64,000 nt of DNA. Source: Longimicrobiales bacterium (GTDB lineage: Bacteria; Gemmatimonadota; Gemmatimonadetes; Longimicrobiales; Gaopeijiaceae). The stretch lies in the NCBI GenBank assembly GCA_965203235.1, contig CBDBCH010000002.1, positions 94 through 64,093 of the forward strand, written 5' to 3'. Both the position numbers and the translations under genes were made by a program. This document shows, one piece after another, positions 29,201-37,848 of this stretch (position 1 is its first letter; each line of letters opens with the position of its first letter). The notes beneath the pieces were generated by a model that was not told where the DNA came from, ran no database searches, and saw only the letters and a list, made by a program, of their open reading frames with translations.

Positions 29201-30087
29201 CGGAACCGGAAGGACAGCACATTGCTGGAGAGACTGACCGCAATGACCGGGTTCCTGTTCTCCACAACGGCCAGCGCATTGTTGATCTCCTCCAGCGTGT
29301 TCCGGTTGCTTGGCGCATTCCCCCTGATCGCCGTCAACACATTGGCGACAGCATTGTTCAACTCACTGTCGCGGGCGATGCTCGCGGGGACTTTCGAGTC
29401 CGGCAACGGGGTGGTGTTCCCCGCCTCCGCCCAATCCGCTATCAGGGCCAGTACGCCCGCCCGGTCAATCGCCGGGGTCAGCGGAGCCACCGACAACGAG
29501 TCAGTGGAGCCATCCCGCTGGTGAACGACGATGTTGTCCCCCGACCGCTCCACATTGATGACCGCGCCACGCGCCGTCACCACCGCCAGGGCGTCCGCGA
29601 CTTTCTCCAGCGTGTCCCGGTCAGCCGCCACTCCTCCGCGCACCCGCGCCACCGCAGTCGCAATCGCAGCCGTGACGTCCGAATCCCGCGCAATGTCCGC
29701 CGCGAGCTTCGTGTCGGGAATCAGGGTCGCATTGCCCTGTTCCGCCCAATCCGCGATCAGCGCAAGGGCTTGGTCCCGGGTGAAGCCACCCGGAGCAATC
29801 GCAAGGGTCAGCCACGCGTTCGAGTAGTCCTTGCTGTTGCCGCTCCCCGTAACCAGCGTCGGTTCGAGCGACTGCACGTAGAGCCGGTCAGCCGTCGTGT
29901 CCTGGAGGAGGATGACCGCCAGCCGGTCCGCCTCGTAGCGGGCAACCCACGCCGCCGTTGCCGCCTGCGCGTCCCTTGCTGCCTCGGCAGCGGTCAGCGA
30001 AGCCGCCGCGAACCGGTTAGGGGAAGGGCCGATCTTGAAGGCGTCGCCAGCGAATCCGCCATGCCCGCCTGCCGGAGAGAGACCCAT
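26287..30087 (-). CDS. Tail fibre-like protein (1266 aa) with repeated ADWAE...IARDSE...NRNTLE modules
   Basis: There are 4-5 copies of a module such as LIADWAEQGNATLIPDTKLAADIARDSDVTAAIATAV..RGG...DRDTLEKVADALAVV. Gly-rich linkers (GGGGGTSG, STGGSGGG, TTGGSG) separate them. Follows the tape measure and distal tail genes. Confidence 0.65.
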   Translation of the reverse strand: MGLSPAGGHGGFAGDAFKIGPSPNRFAAASLTAAEAARDAQAATAAWVARYEADRLAVILLQDTTADRLYVQSLEPTLVTGSGNSKDYSNAWLTLAIAPGGFTRDQALALIADWAEQGNATLIPDTKLAADIARDSDVTAAIATAVARVRGGVAADRDTLEKVADALAVVTARGAVINVERSGDNIVVHQRDGSTDSLSVAPLTPAIDRAGVLALIADWAEAGNTTPLPDSKVPASIARDSELNNAVANVLTAIRGNAPSNRNTLEEINNALAVVENRNPVIAVSLSSNVLSFRFRDATTQNVTLPAGGGGGTSGLDQAAVDARVRAGVADWAETGDTSDVPDTKLSSNIARTSAIPSITGLQDAAGVRNTVETFLAAGSNVTLTRVGDTLTIASTGGSGGGLTQEQVRDTIAGFIRGVGISVVHDDTANTLTLTRLPLEFGEQMIGESLGAYSRTTSQTPNASEFYRVSGSSIRIRTSNAEHTELANATHIFVNKSVSTLAVARFGVNYSDLTLNINIPDTNDPINLHYASTLIGRRWAEARHATTLSTILGNPPANRNTLEKIATALLAVENRNPVTAVAVSGNDIITSNQQGQTTTITTGWQDAVGVRSVVTDFIKPGTNVQVVRQGDELTISSTTGGSGTAPQNEIIVVTGDRTFTVAESTQLHRKIILTHSDSDITITLSEPTGSTDLGTLVFNMGSGAVRITATPTSRIDGPIALNKQGDSAAINWDDSTRKWEPRQLGGITHIDSDYVSLTNEDTARLSGRILICTATSDIRVSLRSGVGALIVINASPNNSNVLLTTSASNLRSRELTSTTSGQTMFGRWTGSVWEFQGDWETVAAWAREGSSSLVPDAKIAASIARDSEVNTAVATALTTVRGGAPASRDTLKEINDAVVTLESRNPIISASITNRIITFTRQDGTTQTVTVPARSGQTTGLIESEVRALVEQYAEVGQTGTIPITRFGDGVITEAKLAQAVKDKLDESDHVFISASRTFTASEAQELHRKSLWYIGSATGTITLPALTGHSSRVEVALLANTSSHSVGMQVNAQQTTGPQLAQALVDGDIGLLVWDGAQWSINSTGFAFTFREATISGKQITLIRHNRNFPNRVLDIPIPDIASEAEAVAGTDNVDYMTALRVKEAIDHAQGTRSGAHDFFFGGLAADPTSSLDLSTLQSTRVSTSGNQEVVVNRTWSGADRHFYVIQRVTDGDIIGWTLDGGTSTGWTKGTTTLTIGGVQYEWYKSEYTWRSSVTQGLRLGITRA

Positions 30088-30377
30088 TACTCGTCCTCGG
30101 TGATAGCCACCGTGGAACCCTCGCCACTCACCACGAGCATGTGGTCGCCGTTCAGCGAGAACCCCCGCGAACTGCCGTAGCCATGCGGAGGAATCATAGG
30201 AGCAAAGCTAGTTATGGAATCATCCTGCAGGTTCGCCGGAAGCGAATCCACGAAGGCGACCCGCACAGAGTAGACCCCGACATTATCAAGCGTGTACCGC
30301 CCATCCCCGATACCCGCCGCCGTAGCAATATCCACGACCACCCCTGGTTCGAGAGTGACGAATCGGGTTTGCGCCAT
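30087..30377 (-). CDS. Hypothetical tail-module protein (96 aa)
   Basis: MAQTRFVTLEPGVVVDIATAAGIGDGRYTLDNVGVYSV... The ATG at 30377 lies just after the upstream stop (30379..30381). Confidence 0.55.
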   Translation of the reverse strand: MAQTRFVTLEPGVVVDIATAAGIGDGRYTLDNVGVYSVRVAFVDSLPANLQDDSITSFAPMIPPHGYGSSRGFSLNGDHMLVVSGEGSTVAITEDE

Positions 30378-30378
30378 G

Positions 30379-33300
30379 TCAGTTCCTCGCAATGCTACGC
30401 CAGAAATCCGCCCACCGCTGCTGGAACCGATCCCGGATACACCGAACCTCGTAGCGAATCAAATCGCCCTGCTCGGTAATAACGACTTCGGAAACCAGCC
30501 AACGGTCGGCGCCGGTGGGGTTCTTCACACCGTACTTCGCCGCCAAGCTACTGTCAATTTGTAGCCGCTGCCCGACCTCCACATGGATGGGGGTGCCCCA
30601 GACGAAGCGGACTATCAGCCGCTCGGCTACCTCCCCGTGCTGCCCCAAGAGGATTTGCGCCGCCCGCTGCGCCTCGTCGAAGCGCAAGGCGTCCTGCCCC
30701 TCGAACTCGGTCAGCCGGTCCACCGCAAGCCCTTCCTTACTCGCCAGCGCAAGCGCGCGCCCGACCCACTCGATGATTATCTGCTGACTGGTGGTCGGGG
30801 TTCCCACGCTCCCGATATGGATGGCAAGCTCTTGGGTGGCGGCGTCGAAGTGCCACCCGGAGCCCCCAAGCTCGATGTCGGTACCGTCAACGCTCAGGGA
30901 AGTGATTTCCTGAACATCCACGGAGACGGGTTCGTAGCGAGCGCGGGTAGCGGAGACGCCCGGAACGCTGGCGTCCATGAGGATGACCCGGAAGCGGTCG
31001 TCCTGCGAGAGCCGGGAGCGCATCGCCAGAGCCTCGGTGGTGGTGGGCTTTCGGAACTGCCCTCGCGCCCGCCCAAGCCGCCAAGCCCGAAGCTGCCCGG
31101 AAGTCGATGAAGGGCGAATCCAGAGCCGGGAGTTGCCCGCGACGGGTTCCTCTCCCTCGCCGATGGTCGGGCGGGTCAGGTTGAACGAATCAACGACGTG
31201 CGCAGCCTCGCTCTCGCCAGTCGACATGTTGTACGCCGTGTGCCAGTTTCTCTGCCCCCGGTAGTACAGGTGGTTCCCCCAAACGTAGAGCCGCGTAGCC
31301 GCAATCTGCGTATCCTCCGGGGTGTTCACGGTGATGTCCCGGTCGGTCAACCGCGTCCAGTCGTCCTGATCGTAGGCCTCCGCCTTCCAGCCAAGAGTGT
31401 TGCCGCCCCGCCGCGCCGCTTCCGTCGTGCCCCGGAGCATCCAAACGATTCCGCCCCCAACGGCAAGGTCCCATATCAAGGTGCCATCATCCGGTCGGTT
31501 CAGGAAGCTCGGTGCCCCCGTCTGGGTTATCTCGTTCTTCGTATTCGCGTCCCGGACTTCCACCTCGAAAGCGACAGGGAAAGCTGAGCCGCCAATCGAA
31601 AGCTCGCCGGTCAGCGCGTAGAGCCGATTCCCGATTCCTGCGATGCTGTGAATCAAGCCGGTGAACGTCACGTCCCGCGCCGCGTCCCGAACCCCATTGA
31701 AATGGTACGCCCGCGCCGTTCTGCCGCTAACCACCCACAGCCTGTCCGGGGTACTGGTCATCCGCCCGATAGTGTCGAGCAGCCTGTCTTGCGAGGCCTC
31801 CCGGCGAACATTGTTTCCCCCGTAGCTATCGACGATCCTCTGATCCTCGAACGTCCAAACGTCACCGCTCGCCGTATGCCGAATCCCCAACGCGTACCCC
31901 GGAAGGAAGGTGGGCGCAGCCGGAATCTCCATTGACATCAGGGTCCCCGCGCCGCCCGCTTCCTCCACATCAACCCCGGTAGGCGGATACCCGACTTCCC
32001 CCATGTAGACCGTCCCGGAAGCCGCCGTCAGCGCATTGCCCCCGACGAAGTCGATCCCCCCATTCAGGTCAGTCCGAATCGCCGCCCGCGCATCGAACCG
32101 CCACCGAAGCCCCCGGTCCCGGTCAGCGTTCTTCGCCGTCGTGGTGGCGGAATCGGAGAAAAAATCCAGTTCCTCCGCGCTGGAAACCACCACCGGAAAC
32201 CGCCGGGAGCGGCCATCCCCGTTGAAAGTCCGCTTGCCGGTGACGATTCCATGTCGCACCCACTGGCGCGTCCGGTGGTTGCTCGCGTCAGTCTCCGTGC
32301 TGATGAGCGACACGTTGTCCGGTCCGGCTATCAGGGCGGAAGTCGGGAGAGACCCCCGCGCCCGAACTCGCACCACCTTGTCGTTCGAGACAGTGAAAAT
32401 GAAGTCACCCGTATCTAGCAACCGTGAGAGCACCGACTCGACGGACTGGAGCCGAACATCGTCTGGAATCGGAGCAAGGTCTCCAACGGTCCCGTCGAGC
32501 GTAAATCCCTCGCCCGAAAACAAGCCCACCAGCGCGACGACCTGCGCCTGCCCGGTGGTCATCTTGGCGATACGCACCCCGTCCGCTGGCGGTATCAGCC
32601 TGTCCCGGAGACGCCTTCCCGCGCCAATCGCCGCAGCATCTACCCGTATCCACGAATCGGAGATCAGCCCACGCCAGCGCGGATTCCTGATGTTGCCCGC
32701 GAACAGGACTCGCCGGGTAGCCCGGTCGAGCACCTGAACCTCGTCCCCGTTCGCCGGAATCGTCCCGCCAGTCGCTTGACTCATTCGGAAAATCGCGGAG
32801 TTCGAGACCTCCAACCGATTGGCGATACGAACGCTCCCGGTCAGAACCCCGCCCAGTTCGGTGCCATTCAGCCGGACTTCCAGCCCCCGGTGTCCCGCAA
32901 GCGGAACCCCCCGCGCCGCGATCCGAACCGCGAAACTGATGCTCGCCCTTTGCGGTGGCGTCGAACTATCCGTAGCCGTCCATGTGAACGTCTGAAAGCT
33001 CACCGCAGCCGTCGGGGTCCCCGTAATCCGAATCAGCGATGGGTCGTACGAAAGCCCCGCAGGAAGCACGGAAGGGGTCAGGGTGCGCGTAATCGTCCCT
33101 ACCCCCCCGGTAGGCCTAGGAAGCTGGATACTCGCAGCCCGCCCCACTTCAAGGTACTGGTCAGCGACGGTTCCGGTGAAGGTCAACGCTGGCGGGTCAA
33201 GAATCCGCCCAGTCACCGAAAGCTGCGCGATATCGATGTCAGCGTCTATAGCCGTCAGCGTCCAAGTGAAGCTCGCCGCCGCCTCGGTAGGGAGCGCGGT

Positions 33301-34056
33301 CAGGACGAAGGTGTCCTCATCGAAAGAGTAGTCCTCCGGGAACCCCGCGCCTCTGCTATCCGAAAAGGTGATAGGCGGGTCGCCGCCAACCGGCCTCGGA
33401 AGCTGCAGGTTCACCCGTTGCCCCACATACCATGTCTGCGCCGGAACGGGAGTCGGGAAGCTCGGTTGCGTATCCTCCAGCCACTGGAACTCCCGGAACC
33501 CAACATCGTGGTTGTAGCTGCTCCCGCCCGGACCTACCACATATCTTGGGCGCATCCGAACCCGCGTAGCCGTGTCAGGGATGTTGACGGTGAAGTCAAC
33601 CCATCCGCCGTTCGCCGCAACAGTTTGCGTGTCCCCGCACTCGTCGGTCAGGGTGTCTCCAGCGTCGTACTCGTTCGAGTACGCCCATCCGCAAATGAAA
33701 GGGAGCGACACCCAACCACCGCTACTGCCCCGGTGTTGAATCAGCATCCCCTCGTTGCCATCCCCCCACTCGCCCTGCATACAGAGCCGCAAGCGCAACC
33801 GCCGGTCGGTTCCAGCAGGCACCGTGGTGAACTCCAGCGTCCCGTTGTTGCCCGCCTCAATCAGCGTCCCCGTAATGCTCGAAGTCTCGGTGTAGCAGTA
33901 GTCGAACCCGTTGTTGTTGCCGGGTCCGGTGTTCTGCGTAGGGGTGGACGCAGAGCTACCACGAACTTGCCACTCACCGTTGGAAGCCCCCGCATTGACA
34001 TTGCGGAAGTTCGCCCGCAGGTCCGCAATGGAATCAACGACTACGGTTGCGGCCAT
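30379..34056 (-). CDS. Large tail protein (1225 aa): N-terminal lectin/MAM-like region, cadherin-like Ig repeats, then a distal-tail/tip-like body
   Basis: Lies immediately downstream of the tape measure, and its ATG overlaps the TMP stop. Two repeats resemble the 'putative Ig' (cadherin-like) domain: ...NLQLPRPVGGDPPITFS... and ...SIQLPRPTGGVGTITRTLTPSVLPAGLSYDP..ITGTPT. Confidence 0.6.
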   Translation of the reverse strand: MAATVVVDSIADLRANFRNVNAGASNGEWQVRGSSASTPTQNTGPGNNNGFDYCYTETSSITGTLIEAGNNGTLEFTTVPAGTDRRLRLRLCMQGEWGDGNEGMLIQHRGSSGGWVSLPFICGWAYSNEYDAGDTLTDECGDTQTVAANGGWVDFTVNIPDTATRVRMRPRYVVGPGGSSYNHDVGFREFQWLEDTQPSFPTPVPAQTWYVGQRVNLQLPRPVGGDPPITFSDSRGAGFPEDYSFDEDTFVLTALPTEAAASFTWTLTAIDADIDIAQLSVTGRILDPPALTFTGTVADQYLEVGRAASIQLPRPTGGVGTITRTLTPSVLPAGLSYDPSLIRITGTPTAAVSFQTFTWTATDSSTPPQRASISFAVRIAARGVPLAGHRGLEVRLNGTELGGVLTGSVRIANRLEVSNSAIFRMSQATGGTIPANGDEVQVLDRATRRVLFAGNIRNPRWRGLISDSWIRVDAAAIGAGRRLRDRLIPPADGVRIAKMTTGQAQVVALVGLFSGEGFTLDGTVGDLAPIPDDVRLQSVESVLSRLLDTGDFIFTVSNDKVVRVRARGSLPTSALIAGPDNVSLISTETDASNHRTRQWVRHGIVTGKRTFNGDGRSRRFPVVVSSAEELDFFSDSATTTAKNADRDRGLRWRFDARAAIRTDLNGGIDFVGGNALTAASGTVYMGEVGYPPTGVDVEEAGGAGTLMSMEIPAAPTFLPGYALGIRHTASGDVWTFEDQRIVDSYGGNNVRREASQDRLLDTIGRMTSTPDRLWVVSGRTARAYHFNGVRDAARDVTFTGLIHSIAGIGNRLYALTGELSIGGSAFPVAFEVEVRDANTKNEITQTGAPSFLNRPDDGTLIWDLAVGGGIVWMLRGTTEAARRGGNTLGWKAEAYDQDDWTRLTDRDITVNTPEDTQIAATRLYVWGNHLYYRGQRNWHTAYNMSTGESEAAHVVDSFNLTRPTIGEGEEPVAGNSRLWIRPSSTSGQLRAWRLGRARGQFRKPTTTEALAMRSRLSQDDRFRVILMDASVPGVSATRARYEPVSVDVQEITSLSVDGTDIELGGSGWHFDAATQELAIHIGSVGTPTTSQQIIIEWVGRALALASKEGLAVDRLTEFEGQDALRFDEAQRAAQILLGQHGEVAERLIVRFVWGTPIHVEVGQRLQIDSSLAAKYGVKNPTGADRWLVSEVVITEQGDLIRYEVRCIRDRFQQRWADFWRSIARN

Positions 34057-36263
34057 CAGAGCACTCCGTCAAGCCCATGCTTCATGTGCTCCGCGACGAC
34101 CTCCGCCAGCACCCGCCCGTCTACGGTCAGGACGACCGGGGTGCCGGGACCGGGGATAGGCACACCGGGTTTCGGGGTGACGTCAGGAGGCGTCGCTGGC
34201 GTGTTGCCGCCCTCGCCCTCGCCGGGTCTCCCGGAGCCGGGTCTCCCGCCTCCCGGTCGAGGCGTTGGCGGACCGTTCGGCCAGGGGGGTTCCGGTAGTC
34301 CGCTGTTGGGGTCGCCATGTCCCGGCAGGTGCGGATTTCGGGGTATCCGCCTCGTGGGGTCAATCCGGCTAGGGTCCGCTCCAGCAAGTGGCGGTCTCGG
34401 GGTCGGTCCGCGCGGTTTGATCTCCGGCGGTCCCATGTTCAGGATGCTCTTGGCGATGTCGATACCGGCGAGTATCGCCCCGATGATGCCAGGCAGTTTC
34501 GCACCCACCACTTCCCCGAACAGGTTGGAGAAGGCGTCCCCGAAGAAACGAATCGAGTTGTTGACGAACTCCGACTTGAACGCGGTCGAAAGCGTGTCCG
34601 CGACATTCTGCCCGTTGATCATCGCTTGAATCATCGTCCCGCCAATGTTTCCCCACACCTCCTTGTTGTTCGCCATCTGACTCATCTTCGTGACGACTTG
34701 CGCGTTTCGCCGGTCGAGTTCCTTCCCCTCCGCCGCGAACCATGTCTTGTGGAGCGAAGCGAGATTCCCTATCGCCACCTGGTTCGCCTCCTTGTGCTTC
34801 TGCTCGGAGCGGGTCCAGTAGTCCGTTTGGATCTGTAGCCCGGTAGTAGACCACCCCCGCCAATCGTTCAAGATGCTCTGGAGCAAGCCCTCGTTCTTGG
34901 TCTTGTACCCTTCGAGCATATCCCCCAATCCTTCGTACATTTCTCGCGCCCTATCCTCCATTTCGGGAAGCGATCTCTCGACCTCCTCGATCTTGGTTCC
35001 AGCCGCTTTCGTGCTGCTAACGAGTTGATCGAAAGTTGAAGCCAGCTTACTAACCTCTTCTTCCGCTTCCTTCGTCGCCGTTTCAAGGTCAAAGATTTCA
35101 TTTCCAGTTTCATCCAATTCCTTTTTCGTCTTGTCGAGCGCGTCTCCAGTATCTTCGACCTTCCCCTCGAACTCGTCCAGCACCTTTGATATGTTGGGTC
35201 CCGTTGCGTTCTTCAACTCAGCCAATTCTTCGGTGATTTCTTTCGACTTCTGAATCCACCCAGGGAACTTTTGCGACAGCGCATGAACCGCCCCCAGCAT
35301 CGCCACCAGCCCCGCCACAACCGCGCCCGGACCCAAGAGAGCCTTCCCCAGTCCAAGTAGCGAAGTCTTGACGGTCGTCAACCCCGCCGTAAGCCCACCC
35401 GCGCCGCCTATCTGACTTACGAGCAGTATCGCGGAAGTCGCCACCGACCCGATAGCCCCTGCCGCCTCGCCGGAAGGCCCAACGACCGCCCCCATCTTCT
35501 CTTTGACCTGCACGAGCTTGTCTTTCAGTGTGACCCCCGACTCAGCCAGATCATCCACCGCGCCGGTCGTGTCCCCAAGCTGATCGCGCAGCGACGGGAT
35601 AGAGACCCGCAGCCCCTTATCCATCTCCTGCACCAGCTCGGACATCGCGCCGCGTAGTCCACGCTCGCCGCGGAACTTCGTAGCGAGATTCACGATCAGA
35701 GGGAGCAAGTCATTGATGTCTCCGCCCGCAGCCTGGAAGCGAGCGGATTGCCTGGAGAAAACTCCGGTGAGTCCGTCAACGCTCACTCCCGTATCTTGCG
35801 AAGCCCGAACTAGATCATCGAGCAACTGGATCGCCTCTTCCGCGCCAAGCCCCATCTGATTCACCATCCCGCCAAACAACTCGGTGTTCACGCCCGCTTT
35901 CAACGCCTGCGCAGCCACCGCCTCCAGTTCATCATCGAGCAACCCCATGTGCGTATTCAGATCGGCGAGAGCCGTAGCGACTTGCTGGTTGCCGACCTTC
36001 GGGATTTCGCCCGCCAAGTCCTTCACCGACTGCTTCAGTGCGTCGAGCTTGACGCCAGTTGCTCCGGTGCCCTCGACCAGCGTCCGCTCGATAGCCTGCC
36101 AGTCGCTCCCGAATTTCAGGAGAGCAGCAGACCCCGCACCCATCCCCGCGGTGATCGCCTTGCGGAGCTTCTTGTTCGCCCCTTCAACCTTCCCCGCCGG
36201 ACCGGAGAACTTGTCTTTGAGTTGCGCGACGGCTTCCAGGGTGCCCGCGCTAATGACCGCCAT
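34056..36263 (-). CDS. Tail tape measure protein (735 aa)
   Basis: The size, the position after two small chaperone-like genes, long helical A/L/G-rich segments (GAGSAALLKFGSDWQAIE..., IGGAGGLTAGLTTVKTSLLGLGKALLGPGAVVAGLVAMLGAV) and a Pro/Gly-rich C-terminus all fit a tape measure protein. Confidence 0.85.
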   Translation of the reverse strand: MAVISAGTLEAVAQLKDKFSGPAGKVEGANKKLRKAITAGMGAGSAALLKFGSDWQAIERTLVEGTGATGVKLDALKQSVKDLAGEIPKVGNQQVATALADLNTHMGLLDDELEAVAAQALKAGVNTELFGGMVNQMGLGAEEAIQLLDDLVRASQDTGVSVDGLTGVFSRQSARFQAAGGDINDLLPLIVNLATKFRGERGLRGAMSELVQEMDKGLRVSIPSLRDQLGDTTGAVDDLAESGVTLKDKLVQVKEKMGAVVGPSGEAAGAIGSVATSAILLVSQIGGAGGLTAGLTTVKTSLLGLGKALLGPGAVVAGLVAMLGAVHALSQKFPGWIQKSKEITEELAELKNATGPNISKVLDEFEGKVEDTGDALDKTKKELDETGNEIFDLETATKEAEEEVSKLASTFDQLVSSTKAAGTKIEEVERSLPEMEDRAREMYEGLGDMLEGYKTKNEGLLQSILNDWRGWSTTGLQIQTDYWTRSEQKHKEANQVAIGNLASLHKTWFAAEGKELDRRNAQVVTKMSQMANNKEVWGNIGGTMIQAMINGQNVADTLSTAFKSEFVNNSIRFFGDAFSNLFGEVVGAKLPGIIGAILAGIDIAKSILNMGPPEIKPRGPTPRPPLAGADPSRIDPTRRIPRNPHLPGHGDPNSGLPEPPWPNGPPTPRPGGGRPGSGRPGEGEGGNTPATPPDVTPKPGVPIPGPGTPVVLTVDGRVLAEVVAEHMKHGLDGVL

Positions 36264-36574
36264 TACGCCCGCCCCGCCTGCGCAAGGGCATCCCGATGCT
36301 CTTCCAGCCGCTCGGACGCAACCTGCGCCTCATGCTCCCGGTACATGTCTACCATCCTACCACTCGGTGCGCCAATCCCCCGTTGCGCAGCAGCGTCCAG
36401 CGAGTCGTATCGCTGGATCATCCTCGCCGCGTCGGAGTAGTACGCCGTCGCCAGAGCCATAATCGCCTCCGGGTTGCGGTCAATCTCTTTCGCCGCTTCC
36501 AGCGGGGTGCACCGGAAGCGATCGCAAATCCGCACCAGCAGCAGAGACCGTGGAACGGGTCCGCCGTGCTCCAA
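36263..36574 (-). CDS. Hypothetical protein (103 aa), possible tail assembly chaperone
   Basis: Directly upstream of the tape measure, with start/stop overlap at 36263. Confidence 0.45.
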   Translation of the reverse strand: MEHGGPVPRSLLLVRICDRFRCTPLEAAKEIDRNPEAIMALATAYYSDAARMIQRYDSLDAAAQRGIGAPSGRMVDMYREHEAQVASERLEEHRDALAQAGRA

Positions 36575-36591
36575 GGCCCGGTGGACCCGAA

Positions 36592-37038
36592 TCAGTTTCC
36601 CTCGATGTCCTCTTCGGTCGTCGGCTTCGCCCGCTCCCAGACCTGTTCATGAACCCAATCCCGCGTCTTGCGGTCCAGGGCCTCGATGTGAGGCCGGGAT
36701 ACCTTGATCCGCTTGCCGTCGCTGGTCCGGTAGCTCCAGGCCTCGATCATGTAGAGCGCCAACATGTCGAGATCGAAATCATCGGGAGACGGCGACTTGC
36801 CCGCGTCGTCCTTTCCGGGTTGGGGACTCGGAGCGGGAGCCTGCCGCTCCTGAATCGCCTGCACCGCCTCCCATCCGAGATTCTTGACCGCCTCCCCCGC
36901 GATCTCCATCTGGCGCCGGGTTTGCGCGTCCTGCGCCTTCCCAACGAGGAAGGGCGGGATCGAGTCTCGAAGCTCCATCCACTCGCCGTCCTCGTGCGGG
37001 ATAGGCACCCGGGTGGTCGTCAGTCCAAGAATCGCCAT
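36592..37038 (-). CDS. Hypothetical protein (148 aa), possible tail assembly chaperone
   Basis: Position is two genes upstream of the tape measure. Acidic C-terminus. Confidence 0.45.
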   Translation of the reverse strand: MAILGLTTTRVPIPHEDGEWMELRDSIPPFLVGKAQDAQTRRQMEIAGEAVKNLGWEAVQAIQERQAPAPSPQPGKDDAGKSPSPDDFDLDMLALYMIEAWSYRTSDGKRIKVSRPHIEALDRKTRDWVHEQVWERAKPTTEEDIEGN

Positions 37039-37039
37039 A

Positions 37040-37477
37040 TCAGTCTCCCTTCGGTCGTGCGGCGCTCGCCGCGAAAAGGCGTACCGCCGCCCACCAGTAT
37101 GTGCTGCGGAACCAGGTCATGCCATCCTCCCGGAGGATACGCCGGAACTCCCGATCCGCCAACGGTCGGTATCCCTGGGGAATCTGCCCGGAGCGCATCA
37201 GGTGGTAGAGGCAGTCGTGGATGAAGGCCGCTCGCATCCCGTCCTGCGAATCGACGGTGGGGCCGCTGGGGCCGTCCCAAGTCCAGCCGGGGAGTGCGAC
37301 GAGGACTCCCGCCCCCGATAGCGAGACCTTGCCCGCTATGGCGACCATTCCGCCCCACACGCCCTCGCGCCCGCCGGGTAGGGGATGTATCCAGCGATCC
37401 TCCAGGATGTACCCACGGAGCGTTTTTCGCGCCCTGTAGCTCCCAGCGAAGCGCACCGCCACGGGGACGCGCCTCAC
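37040..37477 (-). CDS. DUF1353-like phage protein (145 aa)
   Basis: LPGWTWDGPSGPT...AAFIHDCLYHLMR...ADREFRRIL...AAVRLF resembles the DUF1353 pattern (G-x-x-D-G-x-S...HD-x-LY...AD). GTG at 37477 overlaps the upstream stop (GTGA). The 5' part of ORF-track 37040..37930 is shadow sequence. Confidence 0.6.
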   Translation of the reverse strand: MRRVPVAVRFAGSYRARKTLRGYILEDRWIHPLPGGREGVWGGMVAIAGKVSLSGAGVLVALPGWTWDGPSGPTVDSQDGMRAAFIHDCLYHLMRSGQIPQGYRPLADREFRRILREDGMTWFRSTYWWAAVRLFAASAARPKGD

Positions 37478-37848
37478 TTCAAGCCCGCCATGAACTCCTT
37501 GCCGGCATCCGCCAGCTTGCCGGAGTCTTGCGCGACCGCTCGCATCGCCTTCTCCAGGTAGCGATTCTCCCGCCCGCGCCCGTAGTTGTAGGGCTTGGCG
37601 TGGGTTTCGGGAGCGTAGTCGACCCGCGAATCGCCGTAGGTGATCTTCGCCTCCTCCCCGGATTGAACCACCTTCCCGGTGTCGTGCAGGTCGCCACGCC
37701 GGAAGGGAACGCGCCTGTGCGATTCCGCCAGCACTTTCTTCGCCACCGCCAAGTTGTACCGCCGGAAGGCCTCCGCCCGGTTCCGGAAGATCGAACTCAT
37801 GGTTCGCCCACCCGGTCCCGGAACCTCGCGGATGGTGAACTCGATCAT
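37474..37848 (-). CDS. HK97 gp10-like head-tail joining/tail completion protein (124 aa)
   Basis: ...RRVPFRRGDLHDTGKVVQSGEEAKITYGDSRVDYAPETH... resembles the gp10-family core (P-x-D-T-G-x-L ... YA-x-x-x-E/H). Confidence 0.5.
   Translation of the reverse strand: MIEFTIREVPGPGGRTMSSIFRNRAEAFRRYNLAVAKKVLAESHRRVPFRRGDLHDTGKVVQSGEEAKITYGDSRVDYAPETHAKPYNYGRGRENRYLEKAMRAVAQDSGKLADAGKEFMAGLK

Larger units (their letters stand above)
1..32805. repeat. Junction-1 giant inverted duplication (arms 1..16402 and 16404..32805)
   Basis: ORFs on the + strand of the left arm reappear on the - strand of the right arm with identical or near-identical translation. Coordinates obey x+y=32806 near the apex, drifting to 32805..32798 further out because of 1-nt indels. 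Confidence 0.95.

Noticed and set aside
26287-30087. Diversity-generating retroelement or other targeted hypervariation acting on the repeated fibre modules
   Set aside because: There is no reverse transcriptase and no template/variable repeat pair at the DNA level. The repeats are divergent protein modules.
32776-34629. Long antisense ORFs, e.g. 32776..34629 (617 aa), 27841..29004 (387 aa), 40688..41824 (378 aa), 29185..30180 and 2618..3613 (331 aa)
   Set aside because: They are Arg/Pro/Gly-rich shadow ORFs opposite clearly coding genes in GC-rich DNA. They have no motifs, no RBS-supported starts, and overlap better-supported genes completely.
36263-37038. Programmed -1 frameshift (gpG/gpGT-like) in the two genes upstream of the tape measure
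   Set aside because: The two ORFs are separated by a 17-nt gap (36575..36591) rather than overlapping. I could not identify a slippery heptamer that would fuse them.
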